This document shows positions 51,941 through 62,155 of a stretch of 64,000 bases of DNA, piece by piece. The position numbers were made by a program, and so were the translations under genes. Source of the stretch: a virus (taxonomy: Duplodnaviria; Caudoviricetes). The DNA lies in IMG/VR virus record IMGVR_UViG_3300027914_001163, positions 127,434 to 191,433 of that record. One strand, written 5' to 3'. Numbering within the stretch: the first letter of the stretch is position 1; the number at the start of each line of letters is the position of its first letter. The notes beneath the pieces are model-generated. The model did no database searches, was not told the origin of the DNA, and worked only from the letters and a program-made list of their open reading frames with translations.

Positions 51941-52972
51941 TCAGTCTCCTAACAACGCTTCAAGCAATTCTGCTTTTGTTGTATTTGTTGGTAATTGTTT
52001 TAAATGATCAAGGTAACCGGCCAACAACTCATCGAGATCGGTCACTTGTACTTCTTCCCAATTATGTATGGTAGAAAATTGTAAGTTGTCGCTCTGAACA
52101 TCAAACTTCCAATCAACCTCATAATTGTTTTGCAGGACTTTTTGTTTGACGGTTGAAAGAATTTCTTTAGTGTAATGCTGTTTAACAATAAATTTTATAT
52201 AATGTTTCTGGAGCTGCAACGCCTTTTTAATATTATCTTTGTTAAACTCAAGCGTTATAAATTGTGGTGAACTTTCGTTTACCACAAATAAATCTTTCTG
52301 CGTATCAGTATCATAGAACATGAAACCATGTTGCCCCTTTTCATCTCCGTGTTTTGATTGCAGCGGAGAACTGACATACGCAATGTTAAATTTCCTTTGA
52401 TGTCCATGAAAATGTCCGAGATAAACCTTGTCAAATTTTCTCAGCCTGGGGGCATCAACCACGGCAACATATTCAGAAGGGTCGCCGTGCCATACAAATT
52501 CGTCTACGCCAATATGAGATATTAACAGATTGACTTTGTTTTCGGCCATAACCATCTCATCAATCATGGGTATGAGTTTATCATTCTCAAAATAAGCCAA
52601 GCAGTGAAGTACCGTGTTGCCAATATCGATTGGCTCATATTCATTCACTACGGTAACGTTGGGATAATGACTGAAGACCTCGCACAGATTTGTTTTGATG
52701 TCGTTAAGACTGGCCGTGTCGTGATTACCACGAACAATGATTACTCGGCGTTTTTCTGCCAACTGTGCTATGAGATCACTGGCGATAACCAATGAAGCGG
52801 TTGAGACTTGATATTTGGTATCAAACAGATCGCCAAAGATAATAACCAGCTTGGCATCATGTTGATCACATAAAATATCAAAGTCCCTGAGAGCGTCTTT
52901 AACATGAACAAAGAACGGATTGTCTTTCCTGGACAGGTTCATGTGAAGATCGGCTATGTAACCTATATACAT
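51941..52972 (-). CDS. gp47: SbcD/Mre11-like nuclease subunit (T4 gp47-like)
   Basis: ADLH, GDLFD, GNHD, SH and GHFH metallophosphoesterase motifs; adjacent to gp46. Confidence 0.93.
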   Translation of the reverse strand: MYIGYIADLHMNLSRKDNPFFVHVKDALRDFDILCDQHDAKLVIIFGDLFDTKYQVSTASLVIASDLIAQLAEKRRVIIVRGNHDTASLNDIKTNLCEVFSHYPNVTVVNEYEPIDIGNTVLHCLAYFENDKLIPMIDEMVMAENKVNLLISHIGVDEFVWHGDPSEYVAVVDAPRLRKFDKVYLGHFHGHQRKFNIAYVSSPLQSKHGDEKGQHGFMFYDTDTQKDLFVVNESSPQFITLEFNKDNIKKALQLQKHYIKFIVKQHYTKEILSTVKQKVLQNNYEVDWKFDVQSDNLQFSTIHNWEEVQVTDLDELLAGYLDHLKQLPTNTTKAELLEALLGD

Positions 52973-53064
52973 TATAAAATTCCTCCGTAAGAAAAAAGAT
53001 TGATTTTTTTATTCTTTTTACACACACTGACGCAATCTGAATAATATAATTGAGGAGAGAGTGA

Positions 53065-56000
53065 ATGAATATCGAAAGTACGGACAGATTGATTCTCAAA
53101 CAAGTGTATCCTGCATTTTTGAATTTCGAAAAGATGTTCAAAGCATATTGCAGAGAGCATGGATTACCTGAGACATTTAAAGATTTCTTGTGGCATGGTC
53201 ACACCGGATTTGTAAGTAAAACTTACAGATTCCTGTTAAATCCTGAAACTGCCCCAAGAGATTACTTAGCAAACTCAAAGGCGTTCCATGCATACTATAA
53301 GTCTTTGGATCAAGATTTCCAAAAAGATATTATGACTGTTAAAGAATTTAATCAATTGAAAGATTCTTTACAGCGCAAACATTCGATACAAACCGCTCTC
53401 AAACGACTCATGGGTCGTGATTCCATATTGTAGGGAGCCTTTTTTATGTTTATCAGAATACAAGACAGCGTTAATATTGTCAATGAAAAAAACAAAACTT
53501 TTAATTTTTTAACACATTATCGAAAAGGAAACATAGCAAAAAAATTTCAGATTAAAGATACTAAAATAGAATTTTTTGAAGATACCTTAACCTCCAGAAA
53601 AATACCCAAAAAACAAATCAGCGTGATGCAAAAGGACATTAAAACAATTGTTACTGAAGATCACAAAACTCTCATCTATCAAGACTTCCCCGAAGTACCA
53701 TGCCGATTTATTATCATGGATACCGATGACCAATATGATACCATAGAATTTGATGAACTGGTTCCTGGTGAAACTGAAATATTGTGCTACGACAAAAAAC
53801 TGGAGGATTATTATTTTTCTAAGATACTCCTTACCAATATCCTGCTGTACGATTACTCCATAGCCGGAGCCACAGATGCCATTGTAAAAAAGAACAACCA
53901 ATTATATAAAAAGGAAATTAAAACTCTGTCCGGTTATATCATTGGAACAAATCAATACGAAGGCATCATATTAAACGACATCATGGTGATTTAATTATTA
54001 CTTTTCTTTTCCGCCGTTTAATATAACTGAGAGGTATATCATGGCACATAAATTAAATCCTGATTTGAAATTTCGCCTGGAAGCCTGGGATAAAGGTCTT
54101 GTTTTCCAGATCATGGAATTCAAACCGCAATTTTGGACATTGGTGTCCACAGTAGTTCCAACAAATACATATGTCGCTTCCAACGGTGTCACTGTAAAAA
54201 TTCACGCCACCACCGCAGATATAACACGCATTCAAAGTAATAATGAGATAACCATTGCCAACGGAACGCCTGTTCCGCCAACGTCAATGTATTTCAATCC
54301 GTCCAATCTTTTTAACATGGCCGACAACACACAGCGAGATACTTGTTTCAATAAAATAGTATCAGCACTTCGAGAGTTCGTCATTTTCGTAAACAACAAC
54401 GGAAGTCTTCCGCACTTCTGCCATCATTGCTTCAATCTGTTGTTCGAGACCGCACAGCAGACATATCCCAAAACTCCAAAGTTCTGTTCTTGGATTAACG
54501 AAGTCGGAAGCGGATGGGACATTGATGCGCACTACTGCGTTAACTTCAATGTGACTGCGCCAGGACAATTACAATTTAACATCTACGAATTATGAAACTA
54601 AACACGCACCAGCTTTTGTTCGCCAACAAATTCTTCGAAGGAAACTCCCTTACCATTCCTTTTATAATGGAGGTCCAGACATCTTCCCTGGCGATTGAAA
54701 AATATTGCGTTAATCATTTCTCTGACTTGCTCAGATATGAAGTGTTCAGTGTGGAGCAGTTACATCGGCTTCAGCAAATGAAAACATATATTAAAAAATC
54801 ATTAAGCAATGGTGACATCAATGATATGATAACCATCTTAAAAAATCATGGATGGTTAAACAACCTGGATACAAACCAGAAATCAATATTTCAATTTCAA
54901 ATCAACGAAACAACCATGAAGATGTCTTCAGACGTGTATCCATATATGACGGTCCGGGGGAAGATAAAAATAAACCTCCAAGCATTAATTTCTGAATATA
55001 TCAGAAAGGGATTATTAACTCCGAAACTCTCAGATAACAAATTCGTTAAAGAAGTTCTCGATTTGAAATTCGTTCAACCGCTTCCTACCATTTTAACTTA
55101 TGAACGATCATTTGATATTCAACAAGTAATTCTGAGTATTGTGACTGGATTTTGTAATAAGCAATCGTCTCTCTCGTCCGCTATTTCAAAAGCGGTTGGA
55201 ATTGACAGTACCTACAAATTTAAAAAGGAAGTGGCCTGGTACGGCGATGGAACAATCCGAGTGGTGATAAATGACTTCACCAATCTATTAAAAGCCAAAG
55301 CCAAGAAGACATGGGTTCCGGCTGCCGTGGCGGGAGTCCTGATGTACACCAAATCTCAACGAAAGCAACAAAAACAAGTTCTTATGAACCAGATCAATGT
55401 CTTCGATAAGATGCTCCAGGTAGCCAAAGAAATAGATCGAGAAGAAAAAAAACAACAAAAAACGATTATATAAATGAATATATAGATAACAATAACGGAG
55501 GAGTATCATATGGATAGTTTACCGGTTCACATAGGATTGGAAAGCGTTGAAGAAGTTAAAGAGAAATCAAAGAAAACCATTGACAATATCATGTCTATTT
55601 TTGAAGACAATGGCGAGGGCAAAAAACGCATAGATGCCATTAAAGCCAAGAACCCAAAGATCAGCCTTGAAGGTATGGCCAGCGAAAAAATAGATCGTCT
55701 GTATCATCTTCTGGAAGCCAACGAAGATGTTATTTGCGAAACATTTGATTATGAAAATGATCGCCAGAAACTTTCAATGTTCGTAAATGAACAACGTCTG
55801 GCCGGTTATCACATTTTCGATTCCAGGGTTATAGATAACAAAACTGCGCATGTCATTCTCTATAAATAAGGTGAATCCATTGGGGAGTCGAATAAACATA
55901 TAACGTCGATTATGGAAGCGTATGAGAAAAAGTTTAGAGGCAATTCAGATTTTCAAGGCGTTACAACCAATACTGAAATAGCCCACAAAATTCTCCAACA

Positions 56001-56196
56001 CGTCCAGACGATAGTAGAACCTGAACTTCGAAAGATTCAGGGTTTCTTGTTTGTCTATATTCAAAACTCTCTCTACAATGCACAAGGCTTAAAATTTTTT
56101 GATCGTGCAGAAGTTCTATCAGCCATTAAAACCATAAAACTCAACCGCACGTTCGATGACATTATTACAAAACTCATAGAGGACAATTACAAATGA
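53065..56196 (+). CDS. Six hypothetical genes: 53065-53433, 53446-53994, 54041-54595, 54592-55473, 55510-55869, 55912-56196
   Basis: Co-oriented ORFs with RBSs; no confident family, except a possible degenerate Hint fold in 53446-53994. Confidence 0.6.
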
Positions 56197-56792
56197 AAGC
56201 ATACATGGATTCAATACCCAATGATATAAAGAAACGATTGCTTTATACCGAAGACGATAACACCGAAGCAATGGCCAACACTCCTGATGAAACACCAGAA
56301 GAAGAAGGAAAAGGAAGAGCGGAAACATACAAGAAGGTATTTGAATTTCTTTCCAAGCAAGACGCAAAAGTTCCTGATAAAAAGATTCATGAATTCGCCA
56401 TGACTCTCGGACTGGACCCTGATGATGTAGAAGAAACGATTTATGGTTTATTGATTTCATTACTGTCCTATGGAAAGAGTAAAGATTTCAAAGGCGAATA
56501 TGATGCAAAAGAATTGGCAATGGGAAAACAGGTAGAAATGGAACACCTGAAAGGTTCCCCGCTTAAAAAAGAAATCCTTGAAATGATCGCAGAAAAAATT
56601 GCCAAAGATCACCTGGCAGAGATTCCAGATTATTATACCAGGTTAAAAGCAATGGAAGCTGGCGCAGAACAAAAACCAAAAGAACCGGCAGCTCCGGCTC
56701 AACCTCAAGCACCCGCTCCCAAGCCAGTTGCTCCACCGGCAAAACCAATGATGCCACAACCAGAGAAAAAAAATATTCCACCGGCAATATAA
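56193..56792 (+). CDS. DUF5661-like protein with Pro-rich tail
   Basis: ELAMGKQVEMEH...AEKIAKDHLAEIPDYYTRLKAME motif. Confidence 0.7.
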   Translation: MKAYMDSIPNDIKKRLLYTEDDNTEAMANTPDETPEEEGKGRAETYKKVFEFLSKQDAKVPDKKIHEFAMTLGLDPDDVEETIYGLLISLLSYGKSKDFKGEYDAKELAMGKQVEMEHLKGSPLKKEILEMIAEKIAKDHLAEIPDYYTRLKAMEAGAEQKPKEPAAPAQPQAPAPKPVAPPAKPMMPQPEKKNIPPAI

Positions 56793-56811
56793 TTAACGGT
56801 GGAGGAAGAGT

Positions 56812-56997
56812 ATGAAAGTATATAAAGATGATTTTGTTTTAGAGTGTCCAAAATGTCATTCGCAGATTGCAACCCTTAAACGTGTTGAACGTAAATCAAA
56901 TGGCATAAATGAAAAAATTTATATTTGCGAAAACAACCACGAGATAATGGTACAAGATAAAATACAAGGTCTGAAGATTGTCAGACAGTACGTTTAG
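56812..56997 (+). CDS. Small zinc-ribbon protein
   Basis: CPKC...CENNH. Confidence 0.6.
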   Translation: MKVYKDDFVLECPKCHSQIATLKRVERKSNGINEKIYICENNHEIMVQDKIQGLKIVRQYV

Positions 56998-57008
56998 GAG
57001 AAACAACA

Positions 57009-57365
57009 ATGAGCGAATTATTTCATAAATATCTTGAAGCTGCACAAAAGAAAACAAAAGAGAAAGAATCAAAAGAAAAAGTTAAAACTCAAATTGTTCC
57101 GGCAAGCCAGAAAGAACTTGTATCAAGCGAAGAAGATATTGATACCATTGCCAAAAAAATAGTCTGCGAGAACGAACCTGACAACGATAAAAAGATTTCA
57201 AAGTTTATCGGTTGCGCCAAGAAAAAGAACTTCTCACCCGAAGACATCCTGGGGGCTATTGAAAGAATTTTCAAAGCGAACATCGCAGACATAACCGAAA
57301 AGTACGCACAGGATTTAGGACTGCAAGAAAAACCAAAAGCAGAGAATAAAAAGGAGAATAAATAA
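57009..57365 (+). CDS. Putative internal head protein (MSELFHKYLE/A)
   Basis: Leader motif; AGGAG RBS. Confidence 0.65.
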   Translation: MSELFHKYLEAAQKKTKEKESKEKVKTQIVPASQKELVSSEEDIDTIAKKIVCENEPDNDKKISKFIGCAKKKNFSPEDILGAIERIFKANIADITEKYAQDLGLQEKPKAENKKENK

Positions 57366-57703
57366 TGGCTACCAAATTTAATGAATACCTTGAAAGAATT
57401 TTAAATGAAGATAATTTTTTCAAATCAGAATTTACAATCAGCAAAATAAACGATGCTGACGCATGGAAAAAGATTTGCCAAGGAACATCATGGGATTCAG
57501 CACACGCTGGAGAATATTTAAAAAGGGGACCGGCATATCTCGTCAGAAAAGGAAATGCCAAATTTGCACTATTACACCCTGCGACTGATGCCGCTTACGA
57601 TACTTCTGATCGTGCTCTCGATGCAACTACTAAAGCAAAATTTTTCAAAATGATCAAACAAGGAAACTTTAAGTCAATTACAAACAAACCGCAAGGAGAA
57701 TAA
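57365..57703 (+). CDS. Putative internal head protein (MATKFNEYLE), minimal WCT-like domain
   Basis: Leader; AWKKICQGTSW...YLKRGPAYLV resembles the WCT domain core. Confidence 0.6.
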   Translation: MATKFNEYLERILNEDNFFKSEFTISKINDADAWKKICQGTSWDSAHAGEYLKRGPAYLVRKGNAKFALLHPATDAAYDTSDRALDATTKAKFFKMIKQGNFKSITNKPQGE

Positions 57704-57706
57704 ATA

Positions 57707-58060
57707 ATGAGCGAAACATTTCATAAATACCTTGAGATGGCTGAAGTCGCCACGACAACCATTAAAACAAAACGTGGCGTGGGTATTAAATATCATAATA
57801 CCGTAGTGGTTGAAATACTTCCTGACGGCGGATATGTCCTGGACAGCGGCGGATGGAGAACTTCAACAACCAAAAAGCGCATGAACAAATATATCGACCG
57901 TGAATTTTCTGTTGTTCAAAAGCATAACGAATGGTTTGTTAAAACTCCAAAAGGAGAATTCCCTTTCGAAGATGGAATGGAAATAAAAGCAAACGGCCAG
58001 GTAGTCAATGCTTCTGAAGAGGAAAATGATAATCCAGAACCAGAAGAAGAAAAGAAATAA
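57707..58060 (+). CDS. Putative internal head protein (MSETFHKYLE/M)
   Basis: Leader; YHNTVVV...LDSGGWRTSTTKKRMN domain seen in phage hypotheticals. Confidence 0.65.
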   Translation: MSETFHKYLEMAEVATTTIKTKRGVGIKYHNTVVVEILPDGGYVLDSGGWRTSTTKKRMNKYIDREFSVVQKHNEWFVKTPKGEFPFEDGMEIKANGQVVNASEEENDNPEPEEEKK

Positions 58061-58264
58061 ATGCACAAACGAGTGGCGCATATTGTAGCCGGAACTTCGG
58101 TGCAATGCCCCAAATGTAATTCAACCGAAGTTTTTATGAAAGTCATGGGGAAAGCAACTCACAAGGTTTCAATCAAGGATTACAGTTGCAAACAATGTCA
58201 AATCGTCTTTACGGTTACTGATCGCTGGCAGGAAAGAGGAATTTTAAGAACGTATACCTTTTAA
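58061..58264 (+). CDS. Small zinc-ribbon protein
   Basis: CPKC...YSCKQC. Confidence 0.6.
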   Translation: MHKRVAHIVAGTSVQCPKCNSTEVFMKVMGKATHKVSIKDYSCKQCQIVFTVTDRWQERGILRTYTF

Positions 58265-58461
58265 GCCTTCTCGACAATACGTTGAGCAATTTTTACGGCT
58301 TCCTGTTCATCTTTGATATACTGCAACGTTTCCTTTAAAGCCATCTCAACTAATTCATCAAACGAAGTACCCTTCTCCTTAAAGGGTTTTATTTTTTGTG
58401 CGATTTCCTGTTCTTTGGCTTCATCACGGATCATTTCATAATAGTAGTCAAAAAGGCTCAT
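58261..58461 (-). CDS. Putative internal head protein (MSLFDYYYE/M)
   Basis: Leader variant; AGGAG RBS on the minus strand. Confidence 0.55.
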   Translation of the reverse strand: MSLFDYYYEMIRDEAKEQEIAQKIKPFKEKGTSFDELVEMALKETLQYIKDEQEAVKIAQRIVEKA

Positions 58462-58553
58462 GGCAACTCCTGATATTTTTTATCGATAATATATAATTCC
58501 ATTGAATATATTATCAGCCGAATCAAGAAAAGTTTATATTAAATGAGGAACAT

Positions 58554-58760
58554 ATGGCTAAAGGAAAATTTAATTCATATCTTGAAATGACTCGCATGGA
58601 TACATCAGAAAAATTGTATCAAGAACTCGTCAAGATCATATCAGATAAAACAGTTCTGCGTACTGTGTATAGTCTGGCTGTCGAGTACGGTGAGGCAAAG
58701 CACAAAGAGGGTTACAACGAAGGATATGAACATCACAAAAAATGGCCACAGAAAAAATAA
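58554..58760 (+). CDS. Putative internal head protein (MAKGKFNSYLE/M)
   Basis: Leader motif. Confidence 0.6.
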   Translation: MAKGKFNSYLEMTRMDTSEKLYQELVKIISDKTVLRTVYSLAVEYGEAKHKEGYNEGYEHHKKWPQKK

Positions 58761-58818
58761 GTCTTGCATTTTCTACAACGCATTATAGAATTTTGTAAAA
58801 TATAGAGTATAGGTTTTC

Positions 58819-59508
58819 ATGAACACAATTGAACATTTCGAATCGTTGCAGCCGAAACGCACGAAAGACGGACGGTTGCGAAGCGATGTTGCCAGAAGCG
58901 CAATAGCAAAAGGTAAAACAGGTGAACGTGCTCTTACTGATATTCTCACTAAAATATCAGGAGTTCCGTTTATTCGAATACCAAACTCTGGAGCCAGGGT
59001 CGGTCTCACCAACCGAGATCGCATTCATCAATTTACTGAGCACCAGGTAGAAAGTATGTTGGGAGATATTTTCCCACCGCATGAATTAAGGTATCATATG
59101 ATTATCGAGAGTAAGAATTATGCGTCTCTTGCTTTTAAGAAACTCTCTCAAGGCAAACTACCAGCTCTACTTGAAGAATGGATAAGTGAAATTTTATATG
59201 ATATTGAAAGCTATTTAATATTCAAAGAACGATACAAAAGAAAAATCAGAGAACCGCTTGGATTCCTTGGATTTAAAATAACAAAGCAAGGAACCTGGAT
59301 AGCGTATAGTAAAACTTATTTTGAAAAACTCTGTCTTGATAAATTCAATCCAACCTACACCGTGCTTTATAGAAACATAAGCCCCAGGCTTGAACAGATC
59401 GGTTATGGTATGGAGTGGTACATTGAAGATTTTAAAACTTTCGTCATCAACAATAAAATCAATATGTTTGAATTAAGCCCGGATGCGCAAGATGAAAAAG
59501 CAATTTAA
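58819..59508 (+). CDS. PD-(D/E)XK nuclease, Holliday-junction-resolvase-like
   Basis: KGKTGER...RIPNSGA...GDI...IESK motif order. Confidence 0.75.
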   Translation: MNTIEHFESLQPKRTKDGRLRSDVARSAIAKGKTGERALTDILTKISGVPFIRIPNSGARVGLTNRDRIHQFTEHQVESMLGDIFPPHELRYHMIIESKNYASLAFKKLSQGKLPALLEEWISEILYDIESYLIFKERYKRKIREPLGFLGFKITKQGTWIAYSKTYFEKLCLDKFNPTYTVLYRNISPRLEQIGYGMEWYIEDFKTFVINNKINMFELSPDAQDEKAI

Positions 59509-59845
59509 AACCTACTTGGAAGCAAGACAATATCCACAACGAGTCACAAAATGGTACGTTGATGATTCAGAAATGTTTTATACTCAAGTTAAAAATGGTT
59601 ATTATAAAAACATTCCCATTATGATCCAAGCAATTGAGAAAGCCGGTGGAACAAAAACAAAAGTAGAACACAAATACGGTTGGGATAACCAACCTCAAGT
59701 TATCGTGTTTACTGCTCCCATGTCGATCATACCAAACATAGAAGTTGAAATAGCAAAAGCCTTAGACATCTACCCCGCTCGTCGTCCAAAAATAGAAGAC
59801 TATTACTCTGTTTGGGACTTAAAAGTTCCTGAAGCAGATCGATAA
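59492..59845 (+). CDS. Putative internal head protein, AVH-family domain (MKKQFKTYLE/A)
   Basis: AIEKAGG...IVFTAPMSII...EDYY. Confidence 0.7.
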   Translation: MKKQFKTYLEARQYPQRVTKWYVDDSEMFYTQVKNGYYKNIPIMIQAIEKAGGTKTKVEHKYGWDNQPQVIVFTAPMSIIPNIEVEIAKALDIYPARRPKIEDYYSVWDLKVPEADR

Positions 59846-59864
59846 TTAGACCCACCTAACTTTC

Positions 59865-59927
59865 TGCACGAATTTTTTTAAAGTTCGTGCAAAAAAATGT
59901 TGACTTCCTGGTACAAACGATTATCTT
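59865..59927 (+). promoter_or_regulatory. Early promoter variant with palindromic TGCACGAA-N11-TTCGTGCA site
   Basis: Inverted pair at 59865-59872 and 59884-59891, then TTGACT-N16-TATCTT. Confidence 0.65.
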
Positions 59928-59954
59928 GGTAATTAAGAAGATAGTTAAAGGAGA

Positions 59955-62155
59955 GTGAACATGTATTCTTTAGATACTCTGCGCAATGTCAACGCCAAGG
60001 CTGAACTCAGACATTACATGGAAGAACACCCAATGATTCAAATCAACGTGCCAGAAGATGCCCTGAAATCTCCAGACTATTCAGAAGTTAACAAACGGCT
60101 TCTGGAGGCAACGGCCAACATGGAAGAAGTTGAAGAATTTTTCGTTGATTCCAGTGGCCTCGGATCGGATTCAGAACCGGCCATGACTGTCAAAAGATTT
60201 CTAAACAAAGTACAGATCATGATTGATGAGGCAAAGGAGCACAATGAAAAATTGTACTCATGCATAACTGGCGCAGGGCAATTCCAAGTATATGTCGCTT
60301 TTTTTAAACAAGTGCATTAACAGCACTTGTTTGGTGTGAATATATTCTAAAGGAGAAATATATGTTATCCAAAGTCACAGATTTCATTATCAAGTTTGAA
60401 AGTGGCGGATGCGCTAACGAAGAAGAAATCTTTGAGGGCTTTCAAATGCTTCTCGATGAAGATGTCCTTTTCAAACTTCAAGGATTCTATGGACGCATGG
60501 GAATGCAAATGCTTGAGCGTGGCTTCATTCATCTTCCGAAAGATCGGAAAGTGCTCGATGCATACGGCAATGAAGTAACCGTGGGGATGGTGCAGTAGCA
60601 CCGTCTCGGTTTGATATAAAGGAGGAGTGAGATGAAAAACATTTATAAAGAAGCACTCGACGTTCAAGATGCTTGCAACTCATCTGGAGTTATTCATTCT
60701 CTATCAAGAGCAATGGAAGAAATCTGGAAAGAGGCACGAGAGAAAAACCTCGGAACGGAATATGTCAATCAGCATCCAGTCGTCAAAATGTTTCTGACCA
60801 AACTGTGCGATCTGGCAAAAATGGATTCTGAATTTCCATCGAAAGCCTATGATGAGTGTTATGAAAAATCTCTTGAGGCCATTCCTGCACCGGCTGAACC
60901 AAATGAACAGAGCACGGCGAGGCAATAACTGCCTCGGTGAACAAAGGAGTGAGTTATGGAACTGAAAGATAAAAAAATTTTTCTTATAACCAACATCGAT
61001 CTATTGGACGACTATGATATTGATCCAGTGATCTTGCGTACTGTACAAAAGAAATTCCTGCATGATACCGGATACCATCTTGAAGATTCATTTTCGAATT
61101 TTAAAGTTGAGGCTTTTAAATTCGAGTATGTCAAAAATCAAAGTTTTGATTATGATGTATTGCGTATTAACTTTGAGAAACATCTTCAAACATTTCAGTT
61201 AACCAAAAAAGAACTTGACGTTAAATACGCCATGCATACAACACGAGCATGGTATTGGATGCGCATTGAGAAAGCACCCCATACCATCTGGATTAAGGAG
61301 CACGGCTTGAGCAATGTTTTCTACATGATGGACTATATTCTCAACGGCAATCTCCCGAATGATTTTGCCAGAGCCAATAAACTCATGGATGATAACGGCT
61401 TAAATTACAGTTCGACTTTTACCAATCAAAGCATCAAAGGATTGGAACCGCTCAAGATGACCGTCTTTAAAAACGGAAATATTAAACTCCTCGGATTAAG
61501 TGAGAAACAATACGAGGAGATTGCTAATATATTAAGGATACTGGAGTTGTGATATGAACAAAGACTGCCAATTGCAAATGCGACTTACCAAAGAAGTCAA
61601 GGGACACGCACTGGAATTGGCCTCATTGAACGAATCAAACATGACTGAATTGATTGAAAAAGTAATTGAACTATTATATAGCAATATTACAGGCTTGAGA
61701 AAATTGCAGTCGGCTTTTCAAGAGAAACATAACTTTGTAATTAAACTCGATCAAATGATCGATCTGGCTCTCAACGAAATGATTCAAAACAACTGCAAGG
61801 AGGAGTGATGGGACGAGACACTATATGGGATGATGAAAAATTAAAAATTCTCAATGAACTGGCAACATATGGCAAGGCTTTGGTATTGCAAAACGGAAAC
61901 CGAAAGACAATACCGTGGAAGCAAGTGATAAAAGACAATCCGAAACTCTGCAAACAATTGGGTAACCTGTCGGCCAGTTCTTTATCTCGTGCATGGAATC
62001 ATTATCAATTTGTGGCAGTCGGCAAATGTTATTTCTTCAAGCGATGCGGTAACATGCGTGAGAACGGTACGATATATTGCGCTGAGTGTAAAGAGAGGCA
62101 TAACCACAATGCAAAGCAATATTATAAACCGGTACGGAAGAGGAAGAACAAATGA
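59955..62155 (+). CDS. Early-type hypothetical genes: 59955-60320, 60362-60598, 60632-60928, 60956-61552, 61554-61808 (ribbon-helix-helix-like), 61805-62155 (Cys-rich C-terminus)
   Basis: GGAG RBSs; QLQMRLTKEVK...A......MTELIE pattern in 61554-61808. Confidence 0.6.

Noticed and set aside
1316-59845. Annotating AVH domains as genuine ribosomal protein S6
   Set aside because: Only the secondary-structure spacing is reminiscent. The S6 signature (WG.R.LAY.I) is absent.
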